From Phoronis australis (taxonomy: Eukaryota; Animalia; Phoronida), in NCBI GenBank assembly GCA_002633005.1, contig NMRA01000387.1:120741-170309 (forward strand): a stretch of DNA of 49,569 nucleotides, given 5' to 3'. Shown here piece by piece: positions 26,001 to 35,700 of this stretch (positions are counted from its first letter, which is position 1; each line of letters opens with the position of its first letter). The notes beneath the pieces were generated by a model that was given only the letters and a program-made list of their open reading frames with translations, made no database searches and was not told the origin of the DNA. Position numbers and translations under genes: made by a program.

Positions 26001-26230
26001 TCAATGTCCCACAATGACTTCAAAGTCTGAACCCAAAATTAACCTGCAACGGCTGTGTCACCCCAAAACCCTGATGAGCAACCAATACGGACTGCACGCG
26101 CTGTTACTGATGAGGTAGAAAAGAGTGATGATGTTTGGGTGAACGCTGCATTCGTGTGTGTAGCTTGTTTTGAGGCTAAACGTAGCCAAGATCTGAAATG
26201 TTTACAGTATCTTCCCAAGGGCGCAGACAT
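1927..26230 (-). CDS. AtuA/DUF1446 (acyclic terpene utilisation family) protein, spliced gene of 19 coding exons, 2025 nt / 674 aa
   Basis: Exons join with GT-AG sites and matching phases into one ORF carrying AtuA-family motifs: [95 protein letters not shown]. Confidence 0.93.
2216..2306 (-). CDS. AtuA-like exon 18 ([30 protein letters not shown])
   Basis: ttacag / gtaagc, LGGGG..SLRxDPQ motif. Confidence 0.93.
2572..2837. mobile_element. MITE (family A), ~265 bp
   Basis: TIRs gggtctgtttcataaaagtgactcaagac / gtcttaagtcacttttcatgaaacaaactc. Confidence 0.75.
3344..3526 (-). CDS. AtuA-like exon 17 ([23 protein letters not shown]...ERIQ)
   Basis: ttttag / gtacat, RSGDKG signature of the AtuA C-terminal domain. 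Confidence 0.93.
4661..4836 (-). CDS. AtuA-like exon 16 ([13 protein letters not shown]...HVMKF), inter-domain linker
   Basis: ttacag / gtatgc, open in the required phase 0-2. Confidence 0.85.
5820..5871 (-). CDS. AtuA-like exon 15 ([17 protein letters not shown])
   Basis: tttcag / gtaaat. Confidence 0.9.
8242..8281 (-). CDS. AtuA-like exon 14 ([14 protein letters not shown])
   Basis: ttacag / gtaagt; phase 1-2 bridges exons 13 and 15; GGRP motif. Confidence 0.9.
8427..8652. repeat. 105-bp tandem repeat x~2.2 built from five diverged 21-bp subunits
   Basis: ctttggatttagagg recurs at 8427, 8532 and 8637. Confidence 0.9.
9232..9362. repeat. 17-bp minisatellite (CCATGACTGCACCCTGY) x~7.5
   Basis: Direct inspection; begins just downstream of the exon 13 donor on the minus strand. 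Confidence 0.92.
9372..9495 (-). CDS. AtuA-like exon 13, copy b
   Basis: Same sequence as 9810..9933 by eye, offset 438 bp. Confidence 0.75.
9810..9933 (-). CDS. AtuA-like exon 13, copy a ([17 protein letters not shown]...ELAPAGTGM)
   Basis: tacag / gtaagt; an apparently identical copy lies at 9372..9495 and only one can be used in frame. Confidence 0.75.
11084..11189 (-). CDS. AtuA-like exon 12 ([35 protein letters not shown])
   Basis: tgtag / gtaagt, GAExSY motif. Confidence 0.9.
11954..12060 (-). CDS. AtuA-like exon 11 ([13 protein letters not shown]...AEAIFK)
   Basis: cccag / gtatgt. Confidence 0.9.
12649..12710 (-). CDS. AtuA-like exon 10 ([21 protein letters not shown])
   Basis: cttcag / gtaaga, VxVxGAxG..TYK motif. 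Confidence 0.9.
13633..13757. repeat. Long imperfect hairpin / small palindromic MITE
   Basis: tggcgtagatgaagtaa...gagacat pairs with atgtctc...ttacttcatctacgcca; arms ~55 bp. Confidence 0.8.
14358..15790. mobile_element. Non-autonomous TIR element, hAT-like, ~1.43 kb, in AtuA intron 9
   Basis: ~170-bp imperfect inverted ends (14358-~14540 and ~15620-15790) with reiterated ACATGACCGC/GGACCG motifs; flanking 8-mers acaatatt / acattctt match 6/8. Confidence 0.8.
16393..16589 (-). CDS. AtuA-like exon 9 ([10 protein letters not shown]...[23 protein letters not shown]...VE)
   Basis: ttttag / gtatta; lies inside ORF 16334..16663. Confidence 0.93.
16827..17264. mobile_element. MITE, possibly PIF/Harbinger-like, ~440 bp
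   Basis: aggcactttcccattag...tttaccaaaacttcgc versus ttggtaaaagcgaagttttg..ctaatggaaaagcgact; target-site duplication unclear. Confidence 0.65.
18360..18437 (-). CDS. AtuA-like exon 8 ([25 protein letters not shown])
   Basis: tgcag / gtaagg, GHxIECG motif. Confidence 0.93.
19400..19443 (-). CDS. AtuA-like exon 7 ([14 protein letters not shown])
   Basis: ttttag / gtgagt, phase 0-2 fits neighbours. Confidence 0.9.
19876..19975 (-). CDS. AtuA-like exon 6 ([33 protein letters not shown])
   Basis: ttcag / gtaagt, GADIVITGR motif. Confidence 0.93.
20255..20390. mobile_element. MITE (family A), fragment
   Basis: agtgagattt...gtggaacatgagacc...cttaagtc...tttcatgaaa resembles 2720-2830. Confidence 0.6.
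20903..20991 (-). CDS. AtuA-like exon 5 (ISALTEQG...SMNAYLG)
   Basis: ttacag / gtaagt, NAYLG motif. Confidence 0.92.
21502..21632 (-). CDS. AtuA-like exon 4 ([16 protein letters not shown]...VTGDDLMSK)
   Basis: ttttag / gttaat, NAGG and GDD motifs. Confidence 0.92.
22761..22830 (-). CDS. AtuA-like exon 3 ([23 protein letters not shown])
   Basis: tttcag / gtaact, GYxPDF motif. Confidence 0.92.
23132..23342 (+). repeat. Old dispersed repeat, second copy at ~30612-30800
   Basis: Shared ctcacaaat..agggcacaatatg...aagtgaaa...catcag.caa...ttggcaat.attttt.gtt. Confidence 0.65.
23494..23594 (-). CDS. AtuA-like exon 2 ([34 protein letters not shown])
   Basis: tacag acceptor, gtatgt donor, DYLxEITM motif. 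Confidence 0.92.
23944..26000. repeat. Array of five related ~270-300 bp units in alternating orientation, with Helitron-like ends
   Basis: Units at ~23944-24550(+, interrupted), 24564-24850(-), 25182-25478(+), 25473-25700(-), 25721-26000(+); units 2 and 3 are near-identical inverted copies. Confidence 0.85.
24100..24345. mobile_element. Palindromic MITE-like insertion nested in the first array unit
   Basis: aatgcttatccgaaccaaaattgatga...gagtgc pairs with gcactc...tcatcaattccggttctgataaacatt; outer cccaaatt / aatttggg. Confidence 0.6.
26044..26230 (-). CDS. AtuA-like exon 1 (MSAPLGRY...[16 protein letters not shown])
   Basis: ATG at 26230 in aagATG context; upstream in-frame ATGs at 26248 and 26308 are alternatives; donor G|GTTAAT. 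Confidence 0.85.
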
Positions 26231-26447
26231 CTTGGACAAATGAATCATTATGTGCGCATGCTCAATGAAGTCACATGATCTGATGTTTTCCTGTTTCGAG
26301 TTGGACATCGGAAATACTGTCTTCGTTTAAAAAATTGCGAAAATGCTGCTTAGAAAGGAGGAAATTCGTCCCGATGCTGCTCCAGCGTAATCTTACGATG
26401 TCAAAGTACACTTACTTCTTGCACTAAGAACGAATTTTGCCGAAAGT
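26231..26447. promoter_or_regulatory. Compact bidirectional promoter / 5' UTR region shared by the AtuA-like gene and JIP3/4
   Basis: Divergent ATGs 217 bp apart; NRF1-like TGCGCATGCTCA at 26253-26264; E-box/M-box-like GTCACATGAT at 26270-26279. Confidence 0.7.
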
Positions 26448-26732
26448 ATGGCAGAAACAGTGTACGCGAATGAGGATGGGCATGTGATGTCCGAAAAAGT
26501 ACAGACTTTGGCTGCGAGCATTTATCAGGAGTTCGAACGAATGATAAAATCTTATGACGAGAATGTAGTCAAAGAATTAATGCCTCTTGTAGTAGGCGTT
26601 TTAGAAACCCTCGACTTCAGTCTCCAGGAGAAGCAGGAAAATGATGTTGAAATAGAACTTTTGAGGGAGGACAATGAACAACTTGTCACTCAGTATGAAC
26701 GAGAGAAACAGCTGAGAAAAACGAGCGAGCAG
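26448..26732 (+). CDS. MAPK8IP3: JIP3/4 exon 1 ([11 protein letters not shown]...KTSEQ)
   Basis: 95 codons, strong RH1 motif, donor CAG|gtataa. Confidence 0.95.
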
Positions 26733-29700
26733 GTATAAAGTGCATCTTGTGTTTTATGTGTTGCCTTATGTTGTACCGACTCTATCCTGGTGATGTTTGA
26801 ACCTGTTGTGCAGTGCCGGCCTAGGTGTTTGCGTTGCTGCAAAAGTACTTGGCACTTCTGTGTGTTCAGTTTTGTCCAAAAGGGGTGTGTCCAGAATACA
26901 AATCTGATGCCAAAACTGGTTCCTGTGGACAGTCCCTGACTTTGAGAACTAGCTCAGCTAATAGTCACATTTAGTGGTTCCTGATTTCGAGAACCAGCTC
27001 TGCTTATAGTCAGATTTAGTGGTCCCTGATTGTGAATACCAGTTCCAACCTGTTCTTCGGTGATTGTCTGATCTCAAAGTCAGGTACCCATAAACGGACC
27101 AATGTCAACCTGGCAGTGACTCTACTCCACTTCTGGAGAGTTTTATCCATGTAATAATAGATGTTGTTCACCGAATGCAGGACTTGTAGCTTCTCAGATT
27201 AATGTTTACTTGCAAAATACGACAATGAACTGGCCAAACCCACCTTGGGTGAGAGACCAAAATGAAATAACAAAGTGCCTAGGTGAAAAATTGGTCCTTC
27301 AAAAAATTCGGGAGTGTTTCACGTGTTTGGTGACGAGCAATCTTTCCTTCTTGGAGCTCAATATTCGGTGCACAGGCTTACCTGAAACAGATGAGCGGGT
27401 TCAACAGACATGACTTGTGCATGACTTTTGTATGTATAAGCCATTCCAATTTTGACTGTATGATTCCAACTTCTATCTCTATACTTCCTGTAGTATTTTG
27501 AATGTATGCTCGGGTGTGTGGCAATCTGAGATGTTTACCAGGTTGCCATTTAACAAAATCTGAGGTCATGTTGCTAAATGAGATTTGACCAGTCATAGCA
27601 TTCTGTGTAGATCCGGTCTTTAGAATGGAACAACCACAGTTTAAATGAATGAGTTCAAGATAACCTGAATAGTAATCAGGATGATCAATTAATTTTTGTG
27701 AGTATCAAGCGTTATTTATTGATCTTAGAATCTATTACGTACAAGTTGCTATCAGGAAATCTGGCTTGAAACTTCTTCAGTAAGGTAACAAGCTGCTTTC
27801 TGGTTATAACTTAGCACTTCTTAACAAGTGCATACAGACTCTTTTCTAACATCAGAGAAGTCATTTTATCCCTTCTTGCAAAATAGATCCCACTTGGCGA
27901 TGCCTTTATTGGCTGTAACAGAAAATTATGCAACGAACCTAGTTAGTTGCATCACCAGATAAGTTGCCGGCTAAAGCTTCTTATATATGCTAGATTTCCA
28001 AAAGAAGTCGGTCTCGCATAGAAGATGGCTTTGCATGGAAGCTGGTCTCTTAGAAGTTGGGTGACTTGTAAGCAAATACTGGGTCTCTTATTAAGTACCA
28101 TGTGTGTTATTACTCTCTCTGTATCTTTGTGACCTTGGAGTGGACTGTTGGCAGATATGACTTTTTGTCATTTTGTGGTTTCGGCCTCATTTCAGGATTT
28201 TAGGTCTAGACTTGAAGGGAGTTGGTCTGATGTTGAAAAATGTGTGTTGGCATCTGGAAAAAGTTTTAACGATTCATGTTGTGTTCCTTGAGGTGATGTC
28301 ATAAAGTGAATGTGAGACCTACTTCTGGCTATATGTGGAACCTGGAATAGACTGTGCAACTGAAAGGGAGGAGGGGGAGACCAGAACCAATGAATTAACT
28401 GGCCTAAAATTATTCAGTCATGGTAGCTTTCTACCTTCAAAACGAGGCTTGGCATTATGTGAAGTGGATACAAAGCAGTCAAATCTTTAAAGTATTGCCA
28501 ACCCAGTGGAAATTTTGGGCTATTGACAATATTTATCTGTATGCACCTAGAGTAGTCTGTTTGAGGTGAAGACATCAGGTATCAGAACATTGTCAGACAT
28601 ACTATAGTTCATGTGGTCGACTCACAATGATGAAATTATGTAATCAGCATCGAAGTTTGATATCTTGATTCGTACTTTTTGATGCATTCCACACCTTGAA
28701 TTGGGGTATTTAACGGAAGAACTTTCCGAGGTCAGCCTCATGGTGGATTCAAATCTGGAATCTTGCGGTCACAACCTGATATTGTCTTAGTAAAGCTAAG
28801 TCACACTCATTAAATAACAAGGTCCTGTTTAAAGCCAAGCAATGAGGTATCTGCTAAAGTCTAGTGGATAATGGCTATTTGTAATATCTCAAAAGAGCAA
28901 CGGATTTTGTTGTTATAGATAACTTGAGCGGCAAGTCTATTCCATGCATCAGTAATGCATTTTTCGCCTTAAAATGACAGTGTCTTTTAAACTGACTTCT
29001 GTTTGAAAACAGGAATTGAGTAACCATCAAGGCTACAAAAATATGTTGGGGTAAATTCATTTTCTTTGAATCATGCTATCACTCCTATGTATTGCCTCTA
29101 ACTTCTTCTGGATTGACGAACTTGATTCCTAGACAATTGCCCATGATATCCTGTCTGTTATATATAATGTGATCATGCCCAGAGAGTGAAATGAATCATT
29201 CACCATGTGCAGTCCGTGTTGCATTCATATTTGTCTGAGAGTTATATTGGTGGTATATCGTATGGGGTCACTTGTGAAAGTGATACCTTACTGTTGCAAG
29301 GATTAGGAACACAGCTAGGGGAATGTATTTATAGTTACTGTGCCAATGATGTTGTAGGGCAGCAATTGCAGTGTGTAATTGCCTTCATTGTGTGATAAAA
29401 CAGAGCTTTTTAAAGAAATACGCTTAATTTTAGAACTGAAAAAGCATTTTTGAATTTATTTTTGGCATACAGGTGTGCTGCCAATTGTTTAAATTTTCTG
29501 TTCACTTCGCACCTGTGCCTTACAAGATTTCCAGCCATTCTTTTTATTTCAGAAAATCCTGACTCTTGAAAAAAATAATCATTTAATTTTGTGCACAATC
29601 TCATATCTCACCAGCTTCAGACTTAGAAAAATAATTTCCAAGATTGAGCATTTGTTGAAGGCTTCTCACAATGTTGGGACAATTTTTCAAAATTGAGTGC

Positions 29701-32700
29701 GATATTAGCTAAGGTACAAAATTTTAGCATTCGATTTGGTACCATTAATCTGCTATGAAAAAGCAAGAAAATAAAATTTAAACTTTCTTGCACATTGTCC
29801 CAGATTGTTGACATGTTACCATAGCTATTGCTCTGGTAGACTCAGTTCCCATTTCCCGTCTCAGTTGACTTTCATTGAAGAAAATGAAAGTGACTCATAC
29901 ATCATGTCAAATGCCAAATAGTGAGTACTACAAATGCTTAAAATAGTCATGAGACAGCTGAAAGAATGCAAATTTGTGAACACTGTTGTAGCTAGCAGCT
30001 GGCATGTCATGTGATTCATATTTTCGTTCTGCCTTCGTAGATCATCTATGAACACTATACATGTGAAGCCAAGAGTTTTTGATTTTGAGAGCTGAGTGCA
30101 GGTAGTGCATGCTTCAACGGCCATTTGAAACTGGTGATTTTTTACCAAATATTACTTATGCTGTTGAGTCTTGATTCGCCTTTGAGCCTGACATCTGCCT
30201 CTGTTCAGACTTTGTTGAATATTATCTGGATATTGCTGTCTTATCTGCTGCACTACAGACTGGAGAGCTTGTATGAAAATGATCAATATAGCTTCACACT
30301 GTAGTTGTTTGACTGCTGAAGCTGTGCATTGGTCTTCACAAAAGCCTTTTCATGAGTCTCAAAAATGAAGAATAACAGCCCAGTTTGTTAATGATTGTGT
30401 GTTAAAACTTTGCCCTCAGGATTTAAAGTTGAGAAAATAAAAAATTGGGATTGACGTCTCACCAATTAACAGAATGTTTGCGTTCAAGAATGTAGTTATT
30501 CATAGTTGAGGAGTGAGTTGTCGTTTAGAGCAAAACAGGCGAGTTAATCTGGATACAGTAGTTTGTTTTTTCTTGTTGAAGGTTATGTACACTCACTTCA
30601 AGCTTTAGCAAAATCTCACAAATCAAGGGCACAATATGGTGCACAAGTGAAAGTCCTTGAAGGATATGTATCACAGAATTGATGTTTTATCAAGCCCCAG
30701 TTCTATACCATTATTAACATCAGGCAACATTTTGGAAAACGATAGAAAGCTGGTTTTGGCAATGATTTTTGTTTGAATTCGGAGGGATTTAACTGTACGA
30801 AAAATATAATCAGGGTACAGATTGTTGACTACACTCTTGCCAATTGTAGGACTTGTGATTAAAAGGTTGCCATCCTGAAAGGCAGCTTAATTAAGAATGT
30901 GACACATCTGCTGTACATGTTACAAACATTTCATTAAAACTAAATCAATGCCATTTTTGTAAATCATTGTTTTGTTTAAGTTTTGGAATGGCATCCTTAC
31001 TGTTCTTAGTATGATGAGTTGACATACCTAAGTACACGAGTTAACACCATGCCTGGATAGAGCAAATCACAGCCGCTAACTTGATTTATACTCTAGTTTT
31101 AAGTTTGCGATTTCAGTTTGACCTTTGACCCAATGGGATTTATAACGTTGACATTCCGTCTGTTTAGTATTCGAAACTAGGTACCTTCCCTACTAAATCA
31201 GTCACAAAATTGCCTCTTTCCTGATAGGATTTACTTTTCATTTGAAGGATTCTGAGAATTCACGAGTCAAAAAAATACTCATAGAATTGGCCAGCTATTG
31301 TAAAATTTGATCCCTTCCATTCACTTGCTGGTTTATCTATAAAATCTACTAAATATTTGCACCAGTCATGTCAAAGAAAGTTTTGATTTGAATTTATTTC
31401 TTGGTTCTTCATTAAACTAGTAAATGAAAGAAAGTTCAGCTTAAATTTCCATTTTTGGGGAACTGTAGCCAATTCTATGTTCTGGAATCTGCAGTTTCTG
31501 CGGTTGCCAGCTATAACCACCATTTGTCTTGTATTGTGAGGTGAATCGGATTCTGATATTATTCCCATAGCCTTAAAATGACTCGTAATCTTGTTGTTAT
31601 CTGTCATGGGACTGTGTTTACTGGTCATTAGTTTGGGGTGGGTCACATGATATCATGTGTGGTGCCCCAAAATGTGGTACTTGGTGATATGATTTTTTTC
31701 ATTAGTTATCTATGTTTCAGGTGAAACTAAAACAGTGCAGTGAAATCTCACCAATTTAGGACACATCATGGCTTACAAGTGAATTGTATATAACTATTCT
31801 TATTTTATGAATGATAAATAGCACTAAATAAACTCTTCATATTTTTTAAACCGGCTAAAACCAACCGTCCGAGCAGCCATAAGCCACACAGGCAGTCCAC
31901 AATAGAGTTTACTTCAGCTTTTCTCAAGGTCTAACCAATCGGCATCCTCGAATGTTATTTCCCAACAAATCTGAGAATCTCCACATTCCACTTGTTTCAG
32001 TTAAAGGAGAATGCCTCCCAAAAAACAACCTATTTTGCAACAATTTAGATCGAGTAGTACTACTGGATAACGGCACGTTCGATTGCGTTACCTGACAGCA
32101 GACGGAGGTGTTGAAATTATCCAATGACATAATTGGTTTCACGAGCAGTTTGTTCAGCAGTTCACAACACGGGTTAGTGGTGTCAGCTTAATCGCTTGAA
32201 TTCATTGTTTAACACCAATAAATCACCAAACTTTGATGTAAAACCCTTAAAAATACACCGAGTTCTTATAAAAATGTGTTGTTTTATTTCGCTGTTACGG
32301 ATTTAATGGTATTTGGACACACCATAGCCTACAAAGTTCGGCAGGCCAATTTACCAAGGTCCGTAGCAGGAGTTTGGAGTCTGATCTGAGACAAATTCGA
32401 AGTATTATTCCGTGAAATATAGACAGGAGAACCTAGATCTGTGTTGTTTATACTTGTGATTTTTTGAGTTCTAAACAAAAAACGCCAGTGGCTCGGAACC
32501 CGATCAGGCCCATTGCGGCCACCGGGACTGACACGAACATAAACCAGTTTGAGTTGGAAACTAAACCTCCAGTCACGAAAAAACTATAATATTGAGCCAA
32601 AGAAATAATTATTTATGTGAATTAGCCACGAAACTGAAAATCTACTTACTTGGGGGGGGCCCCGAAGTCGGGTTCCCCTTCCACAGACTGTCAGGGCAAA

Positions 32701-35700
32701 GGTTGTACAGTAACAATGATTTGAATAATGTATTTGTATTTCTAAATAAAGATTCCTCTAACATGTGACCATAGCATATATAATCGAGTAATTGTTTCAC
32801 AACAGCTTTCCAAACACTGAATTAGCATGCGCTCACACGGCCTCAGTGCCCGGAAATTACCGGTAACGCAGTGTTTTATTCATTGCTGGCTTCTTAAAAC
32901 ATTTGCACGCAAAGCCATTACAAATTGTATCTAATGAGACAGACTTTGTTTCAGTTTTATATAAGCATTGGTTAGGATGAGAATAATTCATTTTGAAACA
33001 GAATGCAGAATAATAAACGTCTACATGGCAACCCGCCCGGCGCCAATCCCGACTTAGTCAAGAGCTGATCCGACGAAAACTTCACGGGTCGGATTGTTAG
33101 ATTTCACAGTTCGAACTGGAATACACTGATCAAGAAATTCTAGAGAGGCACTGCGAACATGCATAGGCAACGGAACGTATGGATAGTTCTTTGGTAAGCC
33201 GGAATTCGTCAGAGAAATCACTGCCGACGAAATGCCGGCCACAGACACAGAGGTGTTTCACAGCCTCATACTTGCTATTAACAACATACCTTTCTTTCTT
33301 CACTACTGCGAGCCACTTCCTAAGCATTTCAGGATCTCGAGGAAATCGAAAAAACGATATACCCGCTTTCTTCGCAGCTTCACAATTCGGACAAGTGAGA
33401 ACGATGCACCGCAATATAGCAGCATTCACTCTGCAGACGAACCACTGATGTCGCTGCATCGTTTCTCACCTTCCTCACAGGTTAATGCGACACCTCTCGG
33501 CAAGGTTAGGTCGACCGTATAAGAGGTGATGTGGATATAGACCGATTAAGACAGCAAAAAAAAGAACTAATTGAATTTGGTGGCATTCTCCTTTAACCAG
33601 TGAGAACACCATCATTTCACATTGCTACCCCTTGCAGCTCTAGGGGAAGACTGTAGACTATGCTGTTCTACTACTGCCACCTTTTGGACTAAACCCTTTA
33701 TGGTTCTTCTAAACAATAGAATCATGGTGTAGCCTAGGTTTCTGCTGGAAATCATGATCTTGCAGTAAGTTAGCATCTTGGATGTCCAAGTCCACCAAAC
33801 TTGAGGATAATACAATGGGGCTGTGATTTGTGAAAATCGTGATTTATTATAATTTTTTTTCTCACACAAAGTAGACATTCATCCTGCTTAGTGGTCCTCT
33901 CGGGCTTTGTCATTGAACTAGCATACTTTTCTTATTAACACAGTTCTTTTTTATATACAACAGTAGGTGCAATAATCTTGTAAGGGAAACTATTGTGAGC
34001 ATGGACATTGCTTATAATACTTGGCCATCTCTCATGAAAACTTGTGGGATCCTGTATTTTTCGCGAGTTTTTGCATATATAGAACAGGCGCACTGTCTTT
34101 TCTTTCATGCAGCTATTTGTACGAACTGTTCTCATCTCATAAACTGCATTTCTTTTCCTGTGAATGTCATTCTTTTCATTTGAACATGAGATTACAACTG
34201 AGGAATAAGGATTGTCAATCCTGCCGCACATTGCTTGTACAATATTTATTTTTAACAACTCTTTCAGAAATGTCTAACACTAGAAGATGCTATTGAAGAT
34301 GAAAGCAGAGTGTTGCAGAACAAGGTCGATGGCTTGGAATCTCAAATTCGTATGCACGAGCTCAAGGCAAAAAATGCCTCAGACCATGGTAAGTAGTGTA
34401 GACAAGGTGGCTGGCTGAATGGCAAGGAATGGGAGCGCCTTGTTTTGGCTATAAAAATAAATTGAAATTTCGGAAAAAAATTAATACCAAAACTGTCCTT
34501 TTTGGCAATTTTCAGTCTCCTTGTTGTGAGTGTCTAAAAGTTTCAAAAATTTGTGTGCTGGTAGTTATGGTACAAAACCTAATAAACATGGCAAAAATTT
34601 GATGTTCTATATTTTTATGAATAAAGTAAGAGAATCAAATCTCAGTTGTTGGACATGCTTTGCCCTAAATTAATGAGGTTTTCTCATCCTTGGTCACTAA
34701 TTGACGGTTGGATGGTTTTGCATTTTCCACCTACATTCATTTGGCTCTTGGGCATTTGTTTTATTGTCCAGTTGGACAGTTCCCCTGGAACAGGATGATC
34801 TGGTGCAAGTGACTATGTGGACGAAAGTTAAAAGTTGGGAAACTTAACACACGTGTGGACAGCTTAAACATTCTATTCGAGATTGTGAAAGAGGCTACTT
34901 TAGGATTTTTACACTGAATTGAATAAGCATTGTTCACATGTTCATCACACTATTTCCCATACATGTGGAATTTATTGTGAATTTTCTGAAGAAAAGCATG
35001 TACATTTTTGCTCCATTATTAGCATGGTTTGTATTTCATGGCTCAGGTCAAGCTGTGACGTCACCTGGTCAGCACTGGATTTTTCTGTATTAAAGTGATC
35101 TACATTTGAGAATCTCAGTTTTAATTTTTGGCAATTTTTTGTACACAATAGCAATTATTGTAACTGTAGCATTGGTAGATATTGGAAGTTGCAAGGGGAG
35201 AGCGCAACCACAACTTATGGAGAAAAAATGTTTGCAGTTGCCCAGAAATCGCCTTATAGGCAGCGTTTTCCCCCCTTCATTTTGGTCATATCCATAGGAG
35301 GGGGGTAAGGTCGCTATATCTGCCCATATTTATGGTAATGTGTAATTTGTTCAGTCTTACATTTGTACACGTTAACCCACTTTGGCTGGTTGCTTTGCTA
35401 ACCTGTGCTTTTCCACATGCATAAAACCAGCATTGCAACTTGTTCTCTGACTAAGGTGTTCCGCAGCATTTGTGAAGTCGTTACGGGACAACGGAATGCC
35501 ACTGGGCATGATAAAGTATACCAGAACTAGCTAAATTCTGTTGAGAACTGGTAGTTAATGCAGAACAAGGAGCAAAGCTGGGGGGGGGGGCACTACACAT
35601 AGATCTTGGTACGTATGTTTGAGAACAGCTTCTAAGCACCATGCAGCGCCTTGAAAACCATTCTTTGGTTCATGTTACGAGGTGGAAACTTTTGTTTTGG

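Noticed and set aside
1927-26230. AtuA-like sequence as bacterial contamination or a recent horizontal transfer
   Set aside because: It is split by 18 GT-AG introns and sits head-to-head with a metazoan gene
26932-27045. 45-bp repeats as a CRISPR-like or regulatory array
   Set aside because: The whole unit is repeated about 2.5 times with no variable spacer; ordinary minisatellite
32085-32175. Possible KolX-like Cys motif remnant (C...NC...VCCQ, minus strand) inside the Kolobok-like element
   Set aside because: Needs stops and frameshifts to assemble; not supportable without a profile search
22028-35680. Short shared segment ccatgcagc...gaaccatt..tggttcatgtt at ~22028 and ~35639
   Set aside because: Probably a real repeat scrap but too short to delimit or classify
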